Assembly: GCA_963758495.1 (NCBI GenBank)
Contig: CAVWVI010000003.1
Location: 416,001 to 480,000 of the forward strand
DNA length: 64,000 bases
DNA from: Oligoflexia bacterium
GTDB lineage: Bacteria; Bdellovibrionota; UBA1018
Direction of reading: 5' to 3'
The notes beneath the pieces were generated by a model. It ran no database searches, was not told the DNA's origin, and was given only the letters and a program-made list of their open reading frames with translations. Positions 1 to 9,642 of this stretch are shown piece by piece. The position numbers and the translations under genes are program-made. Position 1 is the first letter of the stretch; each line of letters begins with the position of its first letter.

Positions 1-1971
1 TCCTTTTAAGTGGTAACGAATTAAAGGAGAACAAAGTACAATTGCATGACTTGTTTCAGTTCCCATCTCCATGGCTTTTTGATTTAATTGCGCAATAAAC
101 GCTCGTACAAATTCGGGTTCAATAGAAAGCTGTTGGCCTTGATCGGTCTGAATAATTCCAGCGGCGACAGTTTCTTCAATCGTTCTATCTAAAGTAAGAA
201 GCACAAGCTGCCCTTCCTGATTAATCAACTTTTTAGTAATGGTTCTCGCAAGTGCAGTTCGTACATGTTCCATCAAAATAGTAGGATCTTTCTGCGTAGG
301 AGCCAAATCTGTAAGGGCTTCAAAAATCGTTCTCAAGTCTCTAATAGAAACATTTTCCTTTAGGAGTGACTTGAGCACTCTCAGTACGGTTCCCACAGTC
401 AATAAATTAGGAACTAAGTCCTCGATTACTTTTGGCGCAGTTTGTTTGAAGTTATCGAGGAGGACTTGAAGCTCTTGTCGTCCCAGAAGTTCATGTACAT
501 TCTGACGAATGAGTTCCGTTAAATGAGTTGCAATCACAGTAGAAAGATCAACCACGGTGTAACCAGCGTACGTAGCTTCTTCCTTTTGGCGTGGGGTAAT
601 CCAAATAGCATCCAACCCAAATGCGGGTTCCTTTGTTGGCACCCCTACCACCCGATCCACTACGTTGCCAGGGTCCATAGCAAGCAAATTACCCACCATA
701 AGCGATCCGGAGGCGATCTGGACGCCTTTTAGCAAAATTTGATAATCACCTGGTTTAAGCTCGAGGTTATCTCTAATTCTCAATGAAGGAATAATGACTC
801 CCAAATCCAAAGCAAACTGCTTACGAATATTTGAAATTCTCTCCAAAAGATCACCATTTTGATCGGCATCCACAATATTAATCAACCCATAGCCTACTTC
901 TAATTCCAAAACGTCCACTGGCAGTAAACTCTCCAACTTCTCAGGTGCATGCTTGAGTTTCTCTTGATTGGTTTTTTCTTCCTTTTGCTTTTCATCCAAA
1001 TTTGCTTTTGAATAAAGTCCATAAGAAACACTACCTAGACAAAGACTTAAAAATATAAATGGAAAAAAGGGTAATCCAGGAACAATCGACATAACTCCCA
1101 TTACCACTGATGCTGCTGCCAATGCTTTTGGCTGCATCATGAGTTGTTTGGATATTTCATGACTAAAATTAGTACTGGTTGCGGTTCGAGTTACAATAAT
1201 ACCGGCCGCCGTCGAAACGATTAGGGACGGAATCTGAGTAACCAGGCCATCTCCTACGGTTAAAAGCGTGAAAGTCGACGCAGCGGTTCCAATATCCATT
1301 CCCTTTTGCAAAGTACCAATGATAATGCCACCCACCACATTAACGATAACAATCAAAATTCCCGCAATTGCATCTCCGCGGACAAACTTGGATGCTCCAT
1401 CCATAGCTCCATAAAAATCTGCCTCGCGGGCAATTTCTGATCGCCGACGTCGAGCTTCTTCCTCGTTAATGAGTCCGGCATTCAAATCTGCATCAATTGC
1501 CATTTGTTTGCCTGGCATAGCATCCAAAGTAAATCGTGCAGCCACTTCAGCTACACGTCCTGCACCTTTGGTAATAACGACAAAATTTATAATCACGAGA
1601 ATGATAAAAATAATCATCCCCACTGCATAATTTCCACCTACAACAAATTCTCCGAAGGAGCGAATTACCTCTCCTGCAGCTGCAGTACCCTCTTCGGCTC
1701 CATGCAATAGGATTACTCTCGTTGTAGCTACGTTTAACGAAAGTCGAAAGAGTGTGGTAATTAATAGCAACGATGGAAAAATACTAAAATCTAGCGCACG
1801 ATTTGCGTATACAGAGGTAAGTAATAAAACCATTGAAAGAGCAATTCCTAAGCACAAGAGAATGTCCAAGAGGAACCGGGGCATCGGAATAATCATTACC
1901 GAAAGAATTGCCACTAATCCTAATGCGAGCAAAAGGTCGGCACTTTTCGTAAATCGTTCAAATAACTTCAC
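1..1971 (-). CDS. flhA: Flagellar export gate protein FlhA (3'-partial, runs off the left edge; absent from the ORF track)
   Basis: Manual translation from GTG at 1971 (GTGA overlap with the flhB stop): MKLFERFTKSADLLLALGLVAILSVMIIPMP...DFSIFPSLLLITTLFRLSLNVATTR...RVAEVAARFTLDAMPGKQMAIDADL; same frame at position 1 (...VLCSPLIRYHLKG). Confidence 0.97.
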   Translation of the reverse strand, partial: MKLFERFTKSADLLLALGLVAILSVMIIPMPRFLLDILLCLGIALSMVLLLTSVYANRALDFSIFPSLLLITTLFRLSLNVATTRVILLHGAEEGTAAAGEVIRSFGEFVVGGNYAVGMIIFIILVIINFVVITKGAGRVAEVAARFTLDAMPGKQMAIDADLNAGLINEEEARRRRSEIAREADFYGAMDGASKFVRGDAIAGILIVIVNVVGGIIIGTLQKGMDIGTAASTFTLLTVGDGLVTQIPSLIVSTAAGIIVTRTATSTNFSHEISKQLMMQPKALAAASVVMGVMSIVPGLPFFPFIFLSLCLGSVSYGLYSKANLDEKQKEEKTNQEKLKHAPEKLESLLPVDVLELEVGYGLINIVDADQNGDLLERISNIRKQFALDLGVIIPSLRIRDNLELKPGDYQILLKGVQIASGSLMVGNLLAMDPGNVVDRVVGVPTKEPAFGLDAIWITPRQKEEATYAGYTVVDLSTVIATHLTELIRQNVHELLGRQELQVLLDNFKQTAPKVIEDLVPNLLTVGTVLRVLKSLLKENVSIRDLRTIFEALTDLAPTQKDPTILMEHVRTALARTITKKLINQEGQLVLLTLDRTIEETVAAGIIQTDQGQQLSIEPEFVRAFIAQLNQKAMEMGTETSHAIVLCSPLIRYHLKG

Positions 1972-3056
1972 AAGTCCTTCTTCCTAAGCCGATAAACAAA
2001 GGCTAAAACTTCTGCTACGGCTTGATAAAGTGCTCTGGGAATCGATTGATTTATTTTCACTGTTTTATAGAGAGTTCGAGCTAACGGTACATTTTCTACC
2101 AATGGCACTCCGGCGGCTGCAGCTACTTCCTTTATTTTTTGGGCCACAAAGTCTGCACCTTTTGCCACAACTCTAGGCGCACTCATCGACTGAGTGTCAT
2201 AAACCAGTGCCACAGCAATATGGGTAGGATTTGTAACAATGACATCAGCACTTTTCACGGCCTGCATCATTCGGCGTCGAGCCATTTCTCTTTGAACTGA
2301 ACGAATCCTCGCACGCATCTGAGGATTACCTTCACGTTCTTTATGCTCTTGCTTAGCCTCTTGTTTGGTCATTCTTAAATTTTTGCTGTATTCATATTTT
2401 TGAAATCCATAATCAATTGCCGCAAAAACTCCAAAAACTCCTACTAGGGAAAGAAAAATCACTTTTGCAGATTGACAAAAAGCGATCAGGAGATCATCTG
2501 CATCACCACCAAAGTGAGTAGGAGCCGCCAATATTTCTGACTTTAATAAATAAAATGATACCGCAAGAACTACGATCATCTTAAACATAAGTCTAAGTCC
2601 GTCATAGAACTGCTTCATGGAAATCATTTTCTGTAAGCCTTGAATAGGATTCAACTTATCAAGATCGGGCGTCAGAGGTTCAAATGAGAAAATGGATCCG
2701 ATCTGAACATAACTTCCTAGGATGCCAGCTATAAATCCTATTCCACAAATAGGACCGCCTATTGAAAACATAATTTCAATTGCTTTAACAAAATAACCAT
2801 GAGCGGTTTTTGCTGAACCTAAATCTAGCTTTGACGACAAGTCTGTTCGAAAGACCTCTCTCGTAAATTCAGAGATTTCGACTGCAAACTTAACGAAAAG
2901 TGAGTAGGTCGCAATGCCGGTCGCGAGCAAAGCGGCGAGTCCTGACAACTCCCGACTTTGAGCCACTATCCCTTTTCGACGATACTCTTCTAATCGATAG
3001 GGAGATGCTTCTTCGGTAAGATCTTCCTGCGATCGATCCTCTTGATTCTCTGCCAA
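1968..3056 (-). CDS. flhB: Flagellar export substrate-specificity protein FlhB
   Basis: NPTH autocleavage motif (VTNPTHIAVAL), EHKEREGNPQ, VENVPLARTL. Confidence 0.97.
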   Translation of the reverse strand: MAENQEDRSQEDLTEEASPYRLEEYRRKGIVAQSRELSGLAALLATGIATYSLFVKFAVEISEFTREVFRTDLSSKLDLGSAKTAHGYFVKAIEIMFSIGGPICGIGFIAGILGSYVQIGSIFSFEPLTPDLDKLNPIQGLQKMISMKQFYDGLRLMFKMIVVLAVSFYLLKSEILAAPTHFGGDADDLLIAFCQSAKVIFLSLVGVFGVFAAIDYGFQKYEYSKNLRMTKQEAKQEHKEREGNPQMRARIRSVQREMARRRMMQAVKSADVIVTNPTHIAVALVYDTQSMSAPRVVAKGADFVAQKIKEVAAAAGVPLVENVPLARTLYKTVKINQSIPRALYQAVAEVLAFVYRLRKKDL

Positions 3057-3059
3057 TGG

Positions 3060-3869
3060 CTATCGCCTCCCCGAAAGAGCTAGCATAATTGACACCATCC
3101 AATCACCAATACCTCCTAGAATTTTTGTTATTACATTATTAAATTCTGGCATACTCAAAAACATCACAATAAAGCCAATACTGGCAGTAATAGCAAATGA
3201 CAGAATAAGGATATTAAGTTGAGGCATCGCTTTTGAAATCATTCCAAAAACTACGTTAACGGCAAAAAGTGAAATCGCGACGGGCGCCGAAATCTGAAGT
3301 CCAAATTTGAAAACTTCACCAGTCATTTGAATTAACCTATGACTAAATGGAGCTAAGAATTGAGCTCGTCCTAATCCCACTATTCTATAACTTTCGAGCG
3401 ATGCTCTTAACATCAAATGATGTCCATCCAAAGCAAGAAAAATTAACATAGCTAACGATGTTTGAATTTGAGCGACCACTTCACTCTGAGACTCTTGATG
3501 GGGGTCATACATACTAGCAGAAGCAAATCCCATAAAAGTCCCCACCAAATTTGCTCCAAATGAAATCCCTTCAAATACTAATCGCGCAGTAAATCCCAAT
3601 GCCAATGAAAACAGGGTTTCCAAGGCAATTACACCTATAATTCCGCTAGCCGAAGATCCCCATACGTCTGCATCTTGGGGCTTAATTTGACCTGATGCCA
3701 CTAAACTAGGAAAGAGAGCAAAAGAAACTGCTAGACCTAAAAGAACTTTGACAGATGAAGGAACAAAGCGATCACCGATGAACGGTAGAACTGAAAAGAG
3801 AACGGTGAATCGAACTAATACAGCGAAAAAAGTCAAAATTTCATCTGTATTAAAATTAAAAAGTGACAT
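3060..3869 (-). CDS. fliR: Flagellar export gate protein FliR
   Basis: Hydrophobic, with DGHH and SKAMPQLNI motifs; start placed at ATG 3869 (TAATG overlap with the fliQ stop) rather than 3881. Confidence 0.95.
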   Translation of the reverse strand: MSLFNFNTDEILTFFAVLVRFTVLFSVLPFIGDRFVPSSVKVLLGLAVSFALFPSLVASGQIKPQDADVWGSSASGIIGVIALETLFSLALGFTARLVFEGISFGANLVGTFMGFASASMYDPHQESQSEVVAQIQTSLAMLIFLALDGHHLMLRASLESYRIVGLGRAQFLAPFSHRLIQMTGEVFKFGLQISAPVAISLFAVNVVFGMISKAMPQLNILILSFAITASIGFIVMFLSMPEFNNVITKILGGIGDWMVSIMLALSGRR

Positions 3870-4138
3870 TACCTTACCCATTCTCCTGCATTTCCAAGAA
3901 TATCACTGGCATAATGTTGTAAAACTCCAAGCATCCAAGGGGCCATGATCGCAAGAACTACGATAACGGCAATCATTTTAGGAATAAAGGTAAGAGTTGA
4001 TTCATTAATTTGAGTGACAGCCTGCATAATACTCACAATAAGTCCTACCCCCATTGCTGCCGCTAAGAGAGGGCCTGCAAGAAGAATCGTGGTTTTAATT
4101 GCCTCTGAACCGAGTGACATCACCATTTCATCTGTCAC
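3869..4138 (-). CDS. fliQ: Flagellar export gate protein FliQ
   Basis: QAVTQINESTLTFIPK signature, 89 aa. Confidence 0.97.
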   Translation of the reverse strand: MTDEMVMSLGSEAIKTTILLAGPLLAAAMGVGLIVSIMQAVTQINESTLTFIPKMIAVIVVLAIMAPWMLGVLQHYASDILGNAGEWVR

Positions 4139-4156
4139 AATTGACTCCTCTCGAAT

Positions 4157-4936
4157 TTAACCAAAACTTTTTACTAAACTTCCAATCACAAGTTCCCAAC
4201 CATCTATCAAAACAAAAAGCAAAAGTTTAAATGGAAGAGAAATCACTACCGGTGGCAGCATCATCATTCCCATTGCCATAAGAACACTGGCTACCACCAT
4301 ATCTAAGACTAAAAAAGGCAGATAAAGCATAAATCCAATTTGAAATGCGGTCTTCAATTCACTGATAATAAAGGCTGGAATTAATACGTAGGTTGCTACT
4401 CCACTACGATTTTTTGGCTTCACCTCTTTGGATAAAGACAAAAACAATTCAAGGTCTTTTTCTCTTGTTTGATTGAACATAAACTCGCGAAGAGGCGCCT
4501 CAGCCTTTTCATAGGCCATTTTTTGGTCAATTTTCTCATTTAGGTAAGGTTCTACAGCATTTGAGGAAATCACTCTCCATGTCGGAGCCATAACAAAAAA
4601 TGAAAGAAACAAAGATAGACCTACGATTAACTGATTAGGAGGCATTTGCTGGGTACCCAACGCTTGTCGTACAAAACTCAACACAACTACTATTCTAGTA
4701 AAGGAGGTCATCATAATCAGAATAGACGGGGCGAGTGACAAGACCGTAAGCGTCATTATAATTCGTAGCACTGAGACAAGGTCACCCGGCTTTTGATTAT
4801 TAGCAAAAGAAAGACTCAATGAAGGCAAACTGAGCCCTGATGAGCCGGGTGTATAGGAGCCATTTGAATTTGCATAAGCGAAAGTTGGACCTTGAATGCT
4901 AAAAATGATGAACAAAGCTAAGGCCAAATATTTCAT
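4157..4936 (-). CDS. fliP: Flagellar export gate protein FliP
   Basis: [34 protein letters not shown]. Confidence 0.98.
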   Translation of the reverse strand: MKYLALALFIIFSIQGPTFAYANSNGSYTPGSSGLSLPSLSLSFANNQKPGDLVSVLRIIMTLTVLSLAPSILIMMTSFTRIVVVLSFVRQALGTQQMPPNQLIVGLSLFLSFFVMAPTWRVISSNAVEPYLNEKIDQKMAYEKAEAPLREFMFNQTREKDLELFLSLSKEVKPKNRSGVATYVLIPAFIISELKTAFQIGFMLYLPFLVLDMVVASVLMAMGMMMLPPVVISLPFKLLLFVLIDGWELVIGSLVKSFG

Positions 4937-5940
4937 AAAGGCTTTAGCCCTTTCAATCTCGTCCGGATTTTAGATCTCACACTGAAAGCCGCTTCTGGGC
5001 TTAAACTTTCAGAATTCAAAATCTCGGAGAATATGGGCTCATCTGACGATGACTTTGACAAAATATTTTTAGAACTACTTTGCTCAGGGTTGGATGGGCC
5101 ATCCTGAAGCTCTGTGATTAAATTGATTGATTCATTGGATACCCCTAATGCAAATAACTCCCCAGCAATCCTCACTACTCTAATGCTTTTTTTAGGGTCC
5201 AAATAATAGGTGGAAAGCACTTCGATCATTTTTCCATTTTTATTTTTTGAACCACCGCCAATAAATCGATTTAAAGTGCCTAAGGATTTTCCCGCTTGAT
5301 TTGCCTCAGAGAATTTTAATTTTTTCAAGATGAATAAAATCGGAAATAAAAGCAAAATAACTGCACCCAACTTGATCGCGATAGATGTCATCGAAGGAAG
5401 AGCATTTGTATTTTCAATTGTTTTCCGCTCACTCACCTTTTGCTTTACAATCACATCCGCCGGACTTACTTCTGGTTTAGGAGTACTGTCTTTAACAACA
5501 GTTTCCAGAAGTGCTTTCTCATCTATATCTTCATTTAACGCTCCCTTGGATGGAGCTACTGGATGAGCGTCAAATTTGATTGAAATCATTTTACCGTTAG
5601 GCTGAATCTTAACATAATCTTTGAAGTCGTCAGCTTTTCCACGTACAAAAAGACGGCATCTTACTAATCGAGGAGAATATTGATAGGCAAATACTTTAGT
5701 TAAATTATTACCACTTACAGGAGCAATTTTCGCCGGATACACAGATACATTTTTAATATTAATCTGAATGATATTGCTCAGATACTCGGTTGTAATTTGC
5801 TCCTTCCCAATCTTTCCATCGAAAAGCAAATTAATTTCGTCATTATTTTGAACTTGTACCTGCTTCAAATCTACCATTGCAAATGATGAAGACTCACAAA
5901 GCGTCACTGCCAATACCAATAAAACGTACAGTTTTCTCAT
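4933..5940 (-). CDS. fliO: FliO with signal peptide and N-terminal periplasmic (AMIN-like) domain
   Basis: Position between fliN and fliP; single TM followed by the FliO-like stretch [40 protein letters not shown]. Confidence 0.85.
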   Translation of the reverse strand: MRKLYVLLVLAVTLCESSSFAMVDLKQVQVQNNDEINLLFDGKIGKEQITTEYLSNIIQINIKNVSVYPAKIAPVSGNNLTKVFAYQYSPRLVRCRLFVRGKADDFKDYVKIQPNGKMISIKFDAHPVAPSKGALNEDIDEKALLETVVKDSTPKPEVSPADVIVKQKVSERKTIENTNALPSMTSIAIKLGAVILLLFPILFILKKLKFSEANQAGKSLGTLNRFIGGGSKNKNGKMIEVLSTYYLDPKKSIRVVRIAGELFALGVSNESINLITELQDGPSNPEQSSSKNILSKSSSDEPIFSEILNSESLSPEAAFSVRSKIRTRLKGLKPL

Positions 5941-6347
5941 TTCAATTGCTCGATCCTCTCTACCGGTGAGATGATATCGGTCAAACGAATTCCAAATTTT
6001 TCGTTAACAACCACTACTTCCCCTCTAGCGATGAGTTTATCGTTTACTAAAACTTCTAGTGGTTCTCCCGCAAACTTCGATAACTCCACAACAGACCCCT
6101 GTGCTAATTGTAAAATTTCTCGAACAGCCATTTTTGATCGACCTAGTTCCGCTGTAATTTTTAAAGGAATATCTAAAATAAAATCTAAAGACTGAACTGC
6201 AGGCCCATTACTCTTTGGTGATCCGCCCTGGCCCGAGGAAGATGCAGCCCCTCCTCCACCACCAGCCTGAGACTTTGAGGCGTTTAAAGTAGCCCCAATG
6301 TCTTCTATATTTTCTCCAGATATATTTGTTTCCACTGAATCAGCCAT
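5937..6347 (-). CDS. fliN: Flagellar motor switch protein FliN
   Basis: SpoA domain LDIPLKITAELGR...IARGEVVVVNEKFGIRLTDI. Confidence 0.97.
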   Translation of the reverse strand: MADSVETNISGENIEDIGATLNASKSQAGGGGGAASSSGQGGSPKSNGPAVQSLDFILDIPLKITAELGRSKMAVREILQLAQGSVVELSKFAGEPLEVLVNDKLIARGEVVVVNEKFGIRLTDIISPVERIEQLK

Positions 6348-6363
6348 AGCGTCTCCTTACGTT

Positions 6364-7389
6364 CTATTCATCATCCGTAAATCTCGTAACCTGAACTGCT
6401 CTATTTCCACGAGAAATTCCAAAAAAGCATTTCAACTTTGGAACACCTTCAATTAAAATTTCCATTTCTCCATCTGCATCCTGAGTCAGTGGGATAATGT
6501 CGCCAATATTTAGATTGACTAAATCACCTACTGTAATCGTCGTAGAACCTAAATTGACTAACACATTGACCTCAGTATTTCTTAAATGCTCTTCTAGTGT
6601 CGCGGTCCATTCTTTATCAACACGATCCAATTCAGTTTGAAATGAGGCATTAAGTTTATTTTTAATAGGTTCAATGGTTGAATACGGAACTACAAGAGCA
6701 ATAGTGCCGCTTGCATTCTCAAGTTCTACTTCAAACGTGGTAGATATAATAACGTCCGAAGGAGGAACCACACCGACGAATTGAGGATTAACTTCTGTCC
6801 TTAAATAGGAAATATCAGTCTTATGGACCGGGTTCCAAGCCTCTTCCAAGTCCCTGATCGCAAGGTCCATGACTTTACGCATAATTGAGAGCTCAATTCT
6901 CGTAAATTCCTTACCTTCTAGTTTTGTATAGGGGCGATCCGTTCCTCCAAAAAAACTATCTACTAGCGCGTACGATAACTTCGATTCAAAAACAAGAATA
7001 GCGGGCCCTCGCAGGCTTTCGAATCGCATGATACACATACAACTTGGGATTGGCAGTGTATTTACAAACTCTCCAAATTTTAATAAGTCTGTAGAAATAA
7101 TACTAATAGTAGCAATTTTCCTCAAAGCATTAGATAAGGACATGCGATAGAGTCGAATAAATCGTTCATAAATAATATCAAGTGTCGGCATTCTTCCGCG
7201 AATGACACGATCTTGATTTGTTAGATCATATGGAACTATTTCGACTTCAGCATTTGAATTCAAATCATTGCTTAACGAATCACTCATCCCTCCAGAAGAG
7301 GGTTGTTCCGATGCTTTTGGATCAACTGATCCTTCGGCTACCGCATTCAGAAGTGCATCTACTTCTGCTTGAGTTAATACCTGATTCAT
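6364..7389 (-). CDS. fliM: Flagellar motor switch protein FliM
   Basis: CheY-binding N-terminus VLTQAEVDALL; GG motif; EVNPQF; C-terminal SpoA domain. Confidence 0.97.
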   Translation of the reverse strand: MNQVLTQAEVDALLNAVAEGSVDPKASEQPSSGGMSDSLSNDLNSNAEVEIVPYDLTNQDRVIRGRMPTLDIIYERFIRLYRMSLSNALRKIATISIISTDLLKFGEFVNTLPIPSCMCIMRFESLRGPAILVFESKLSYALVDSFFGGTDRPYTKLEGKEFTRIELSIMRKVMDLAIRDLEEAWNPVHKTDISYLRTEVNPQFVGVVPPSDVIISTTFEVELENASGTIALVVPYSTIEPIKNKLNASFQTELDRVDKEWTATLEEHLRNTEVNVLVNLGSTTITVGDLVNLNIGDIIPLTQDADGEMEILIEGVPKLKCFFGISRGNRAVQVTRFTDDE

Positions 7390-7445
7390 AACCTAGCCAT
7401 CCTAGCTTTTCGAATTTTAAGTTAGGCATCTTGCCCGACTTACTC

Positions 7446-8072
7446 TCAACCGGCTAAAGCGAAACTCGTAAAAAATACACCTTTGACCTTTCCGCTCACA
7501 AGAAAGGCATTAAGTGCATTTTTAATTTCCTCCTTTATATATTCTCTACCATCCACCGTTGCAAGATCAGCAGGTCTTTTACTATTAAAGAGATCAATGA
7601 CTACATTTCTAACTTGCGGCATTTTTACATTAATTTCACTTTCGGCTTCGTCATTTGGAAGCTCTAAGGAAATATTAATACGCACAAATTTTGGAGTTGC
7701 ACTACCTGGAGTGGATAAATTAATTGTAAATTGATCTAATGTGACCATTTTTCCAAAATTTGAAGGCTTTTTCTTTTCTACGTCTTTTCCCTCTTCCTCT
7801 TTTCCACCGCCTTCTTTTTCTTTTGATTTCTCTCCCTCAGCTTCACCCGTAGCACTACGGGCCGAAATATCCTCTACTGACGGGCGTTTTTTATCGCGTT
7901 GAAATGAAACGAATAAAACTGCAAGCATACCCATAGTAACTATTAAATTTACTAAAGATAAAATAACGACAAGTTTACTTCCACCAGAAGCACCACTAGC
8001 GGTACTTACTACTGAACTGGGCGCTTTTTCTTCGGTAGCTCCGGAATTTCCCGTTGCCATACTCATCCACAT
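7446..8072 (-). CDS. fliL: Flagellar basal body protein FliL
   Basis: N-terminal TM, LDQFTINL, C-terminal VKGVFFTSF; directly upstream of fliM; exact start uncertain. Confidence 0.93.
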   Translation of the reverse strand: MWMSMATGNSGATEEKAPSSVVSTASGASGGSKLVVILSLVNLIVTMGMLAVLFVSFQRDKKRPSVEDISARSATGEAEGEKSKEKEGGGKEEEGKDVEKKKPSNFGKMVTLDQFTINLSTPGSATPKFVRINISLELPNDEAESEINVKMPQVRNVVIDLFNSKRPADLATVDGREYIKEEIKNALNAFLVSGKVKGVFFTSFALAG

Positions 8073-8149
8073 CCTTCCAATAGACTACTTTCTATTTTGC
8101 AACGGGGCCTTATTGAAGGCAAGTGTACAAATAGAAGAAAAATAGTAAA

Positions 8150-8207
8150 TATCAAAGTCTTGTGGCTTAATAGGAAAATTGTATCGACTTCTGTCAATTG
8201 AATGACA
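8150..8207. promoter_or_regulatory. IHF-consensus site and palindromic FleQ-box-like site upstream of fliL
   Basis: TATCAAAGTCTTG (8150-8162) matches WATCAANNNNTTR; TGTCA-ATTGAA-TGACA at 8192-8207. Confidence 0.45.
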
Positions 8208-8213
8208 ATATTT

Positions 8214-8253
8214 ACGGAATCAGGAATTACAAAAAGTATGTTCCTGATTCCGT
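8214..8253. terminator. 13-bp-stem hairpin 3' of flgE (terminator or mRNA stabiliser)
   Basis: ACGGAATCAGGAA ... TTCCTGATTCCGT; the T-run follows on the + side only. Confidence 0.6.
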
Positions 8254-8269
8254 TTTTAAGAGCTTTTTT

Positions 8270-9553
8270 CTAGGTCCTCTTAAGATTCATAATTTCCTGT
8301 AACATTTCATCAGCAGTACTGACTACTTTACTGTTTGCTTGGAAATTTCTTTGAGCTTGAATCAAATTAATAAACTCACTCGCTACGTCTGTAGTCGAGG
8401 ATTCAATCGTCTTCGATGAAATTCTCCCTCGACCACCTGACTGAGGAATTCCTACGGTAGGCTGACCCGAGAGGCGACTCTCACGAAAGCGATTTTGACC
8501 CACTTTCATTAACCCTTCTGGGTTTTCGAATTTGGCCAAGGCTATTTGTGCTAAATTGAAATTTTCTCCGTTGGTATATACAGCAGTAAGCATGCCATCA
8601 TCATTGAAGCTCATACCTGCCAAGGTACCGGCGGTAAAACCATCCTGCATTGTCTTATAATTTTCTGAATTGGTTCCATACTGAGTCACCTGTAAACCAT
8701 TTCCTCCATGCGCCTTTTCCTCACCAAAGTTGAACCTAATCGCCTGATCAGGTAAAGCCCCTTTATTAAAATTGAAGGATGACTTATCAGTAATCTGATC
8801 TTTCAATCGCCCATCAGTATCGAATACTAACCGCCCCTTAGCACATTCTACCAATTGTCCTTTTTTCCCCGAGGTAGTCTCTTCCCCTTTTGCCATTGCT
8901 CGCCACGTCCAAATGCCGTCGTCGGTCTTATTCATATAAAGAGTGGTTACATGGGCTGTACCTGCAGTATCATACACCGTCACCCCTGTAGCAAAATGGG
9001 AAGTCTGCTCAGGATGAGTTGGGTCAAAGACAAGTGATTTATCAGCTCGAAAGTCAAGGTTCATAAACATTTTCACTTCACTGGTCTTTTTTGCATCGAT
9101 CACCGTACGACCAATATCGATAGGTCCCAGCTTAGAAGTAATTTTTCCATTTTCATCCGACTGAAATCCCATAACATGGAAATTATCGGCGTTAATGAGC
9201 TTTCCATCTTTATCAAAATGAAATGCTCCATTGCGAGAATAACTTTGTCCATCATCGCCATTCACACAAAAAAAGCCATCGCCCGTAATTGCAAGATCGG
9301 TTGAAGACTCTGTAGGTAATATTGAACCTTGAGAGAAAATTGGATTTACAGCCGCGAGCCGCACTCCTCGACCGATCTGGTTTCCACCGAGCAACCCCTT
9401 AAGTGATTTCGCGATCACATCCTGAAACTCAGGACGACTCACCTTAAATCCAACGGTACTTGAGTTTGCGATATTGTCGCCGTAAATTGACAGCGCTTCA
9501 CCTTGCGCACTTAATCCAGATACACCAGTATACATTGACGATAGAATTCCCAT
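8270..9553 (-). CDS. flgE: Flagellar hook protein FlgE
   Basis: SMYTGVSGL...DNIANSSTVGFK N-terminus; DLAITGDGFF; SRNGAF; AQRNFQANSK C-terminus; 427 aa. Confidence 0.96.
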   Translation of the reverse strand: MGILSSMYTGVSGLSAQGEALSIYGDNIANSSTVGFKVSRPEFQDVIAKSLKGLLGGNQIGRGVRLAAVNPIFSQGSILPTESSTDLAITGDGFFCVNGDDGQSYSRNGAFHFDKDGKLINADNFHVMGFQSDENGKITSKLGPIDIGRTVIDAKKTSEVKMFMNLDFRADKSLVFDPTHPEQTSHFATGVTVYDTAGTAHVTTLYMNKTDDGIWTWRAMAKGEETTSGKKGQLVECAKGRLVFDTDGRLKDQITDKSSFNFNKGALPDQAIRFNFGEEKAHGGNGLQVTQYGTNSENYKTMQDGFTAGTLAGMSFNDDGMLTAVYTNGENFNLAQIALAKFENPEGLMKVGQNRFRESRLSGQPTVGIPQSGGRGRISSKTIESSTTDVASEFINLIQAQRNFQANSKVVSTADEMLQEIMNLKRT

Positions 9554-9642
9554 AGGAACGCCTCCATGCGTTTTATTAATCTAACCCATCAATCATTCAA
9601 GGTTAGTTAGGCTTCCCAAATTGGGTCCAGCCTAAAGTTACG
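9554..9642 (-). ncRNA. Structured flgE leader (three tandem hairpins; SD in a CsrA-type loop); putative cis-regulatory RNA
   Basis: mRNA: UUAGGCU-GGA-CCCA-AUU-UGGG-A-AGCCUAA / CUAACCU-UGAAUGAUUGAU-GGGUUAG / AACGC-AUGGAG-GCGUU-CCU-AUG. Confidence 0.6.

Noticed and set aside
239..1987. Short + strand ORFs in the first 2 kb, and similar antisense ORFs throughout the window
   Set aside because: They are shadows of flhA and other well-supported genes on the opposite strand, with no motifs of their own.
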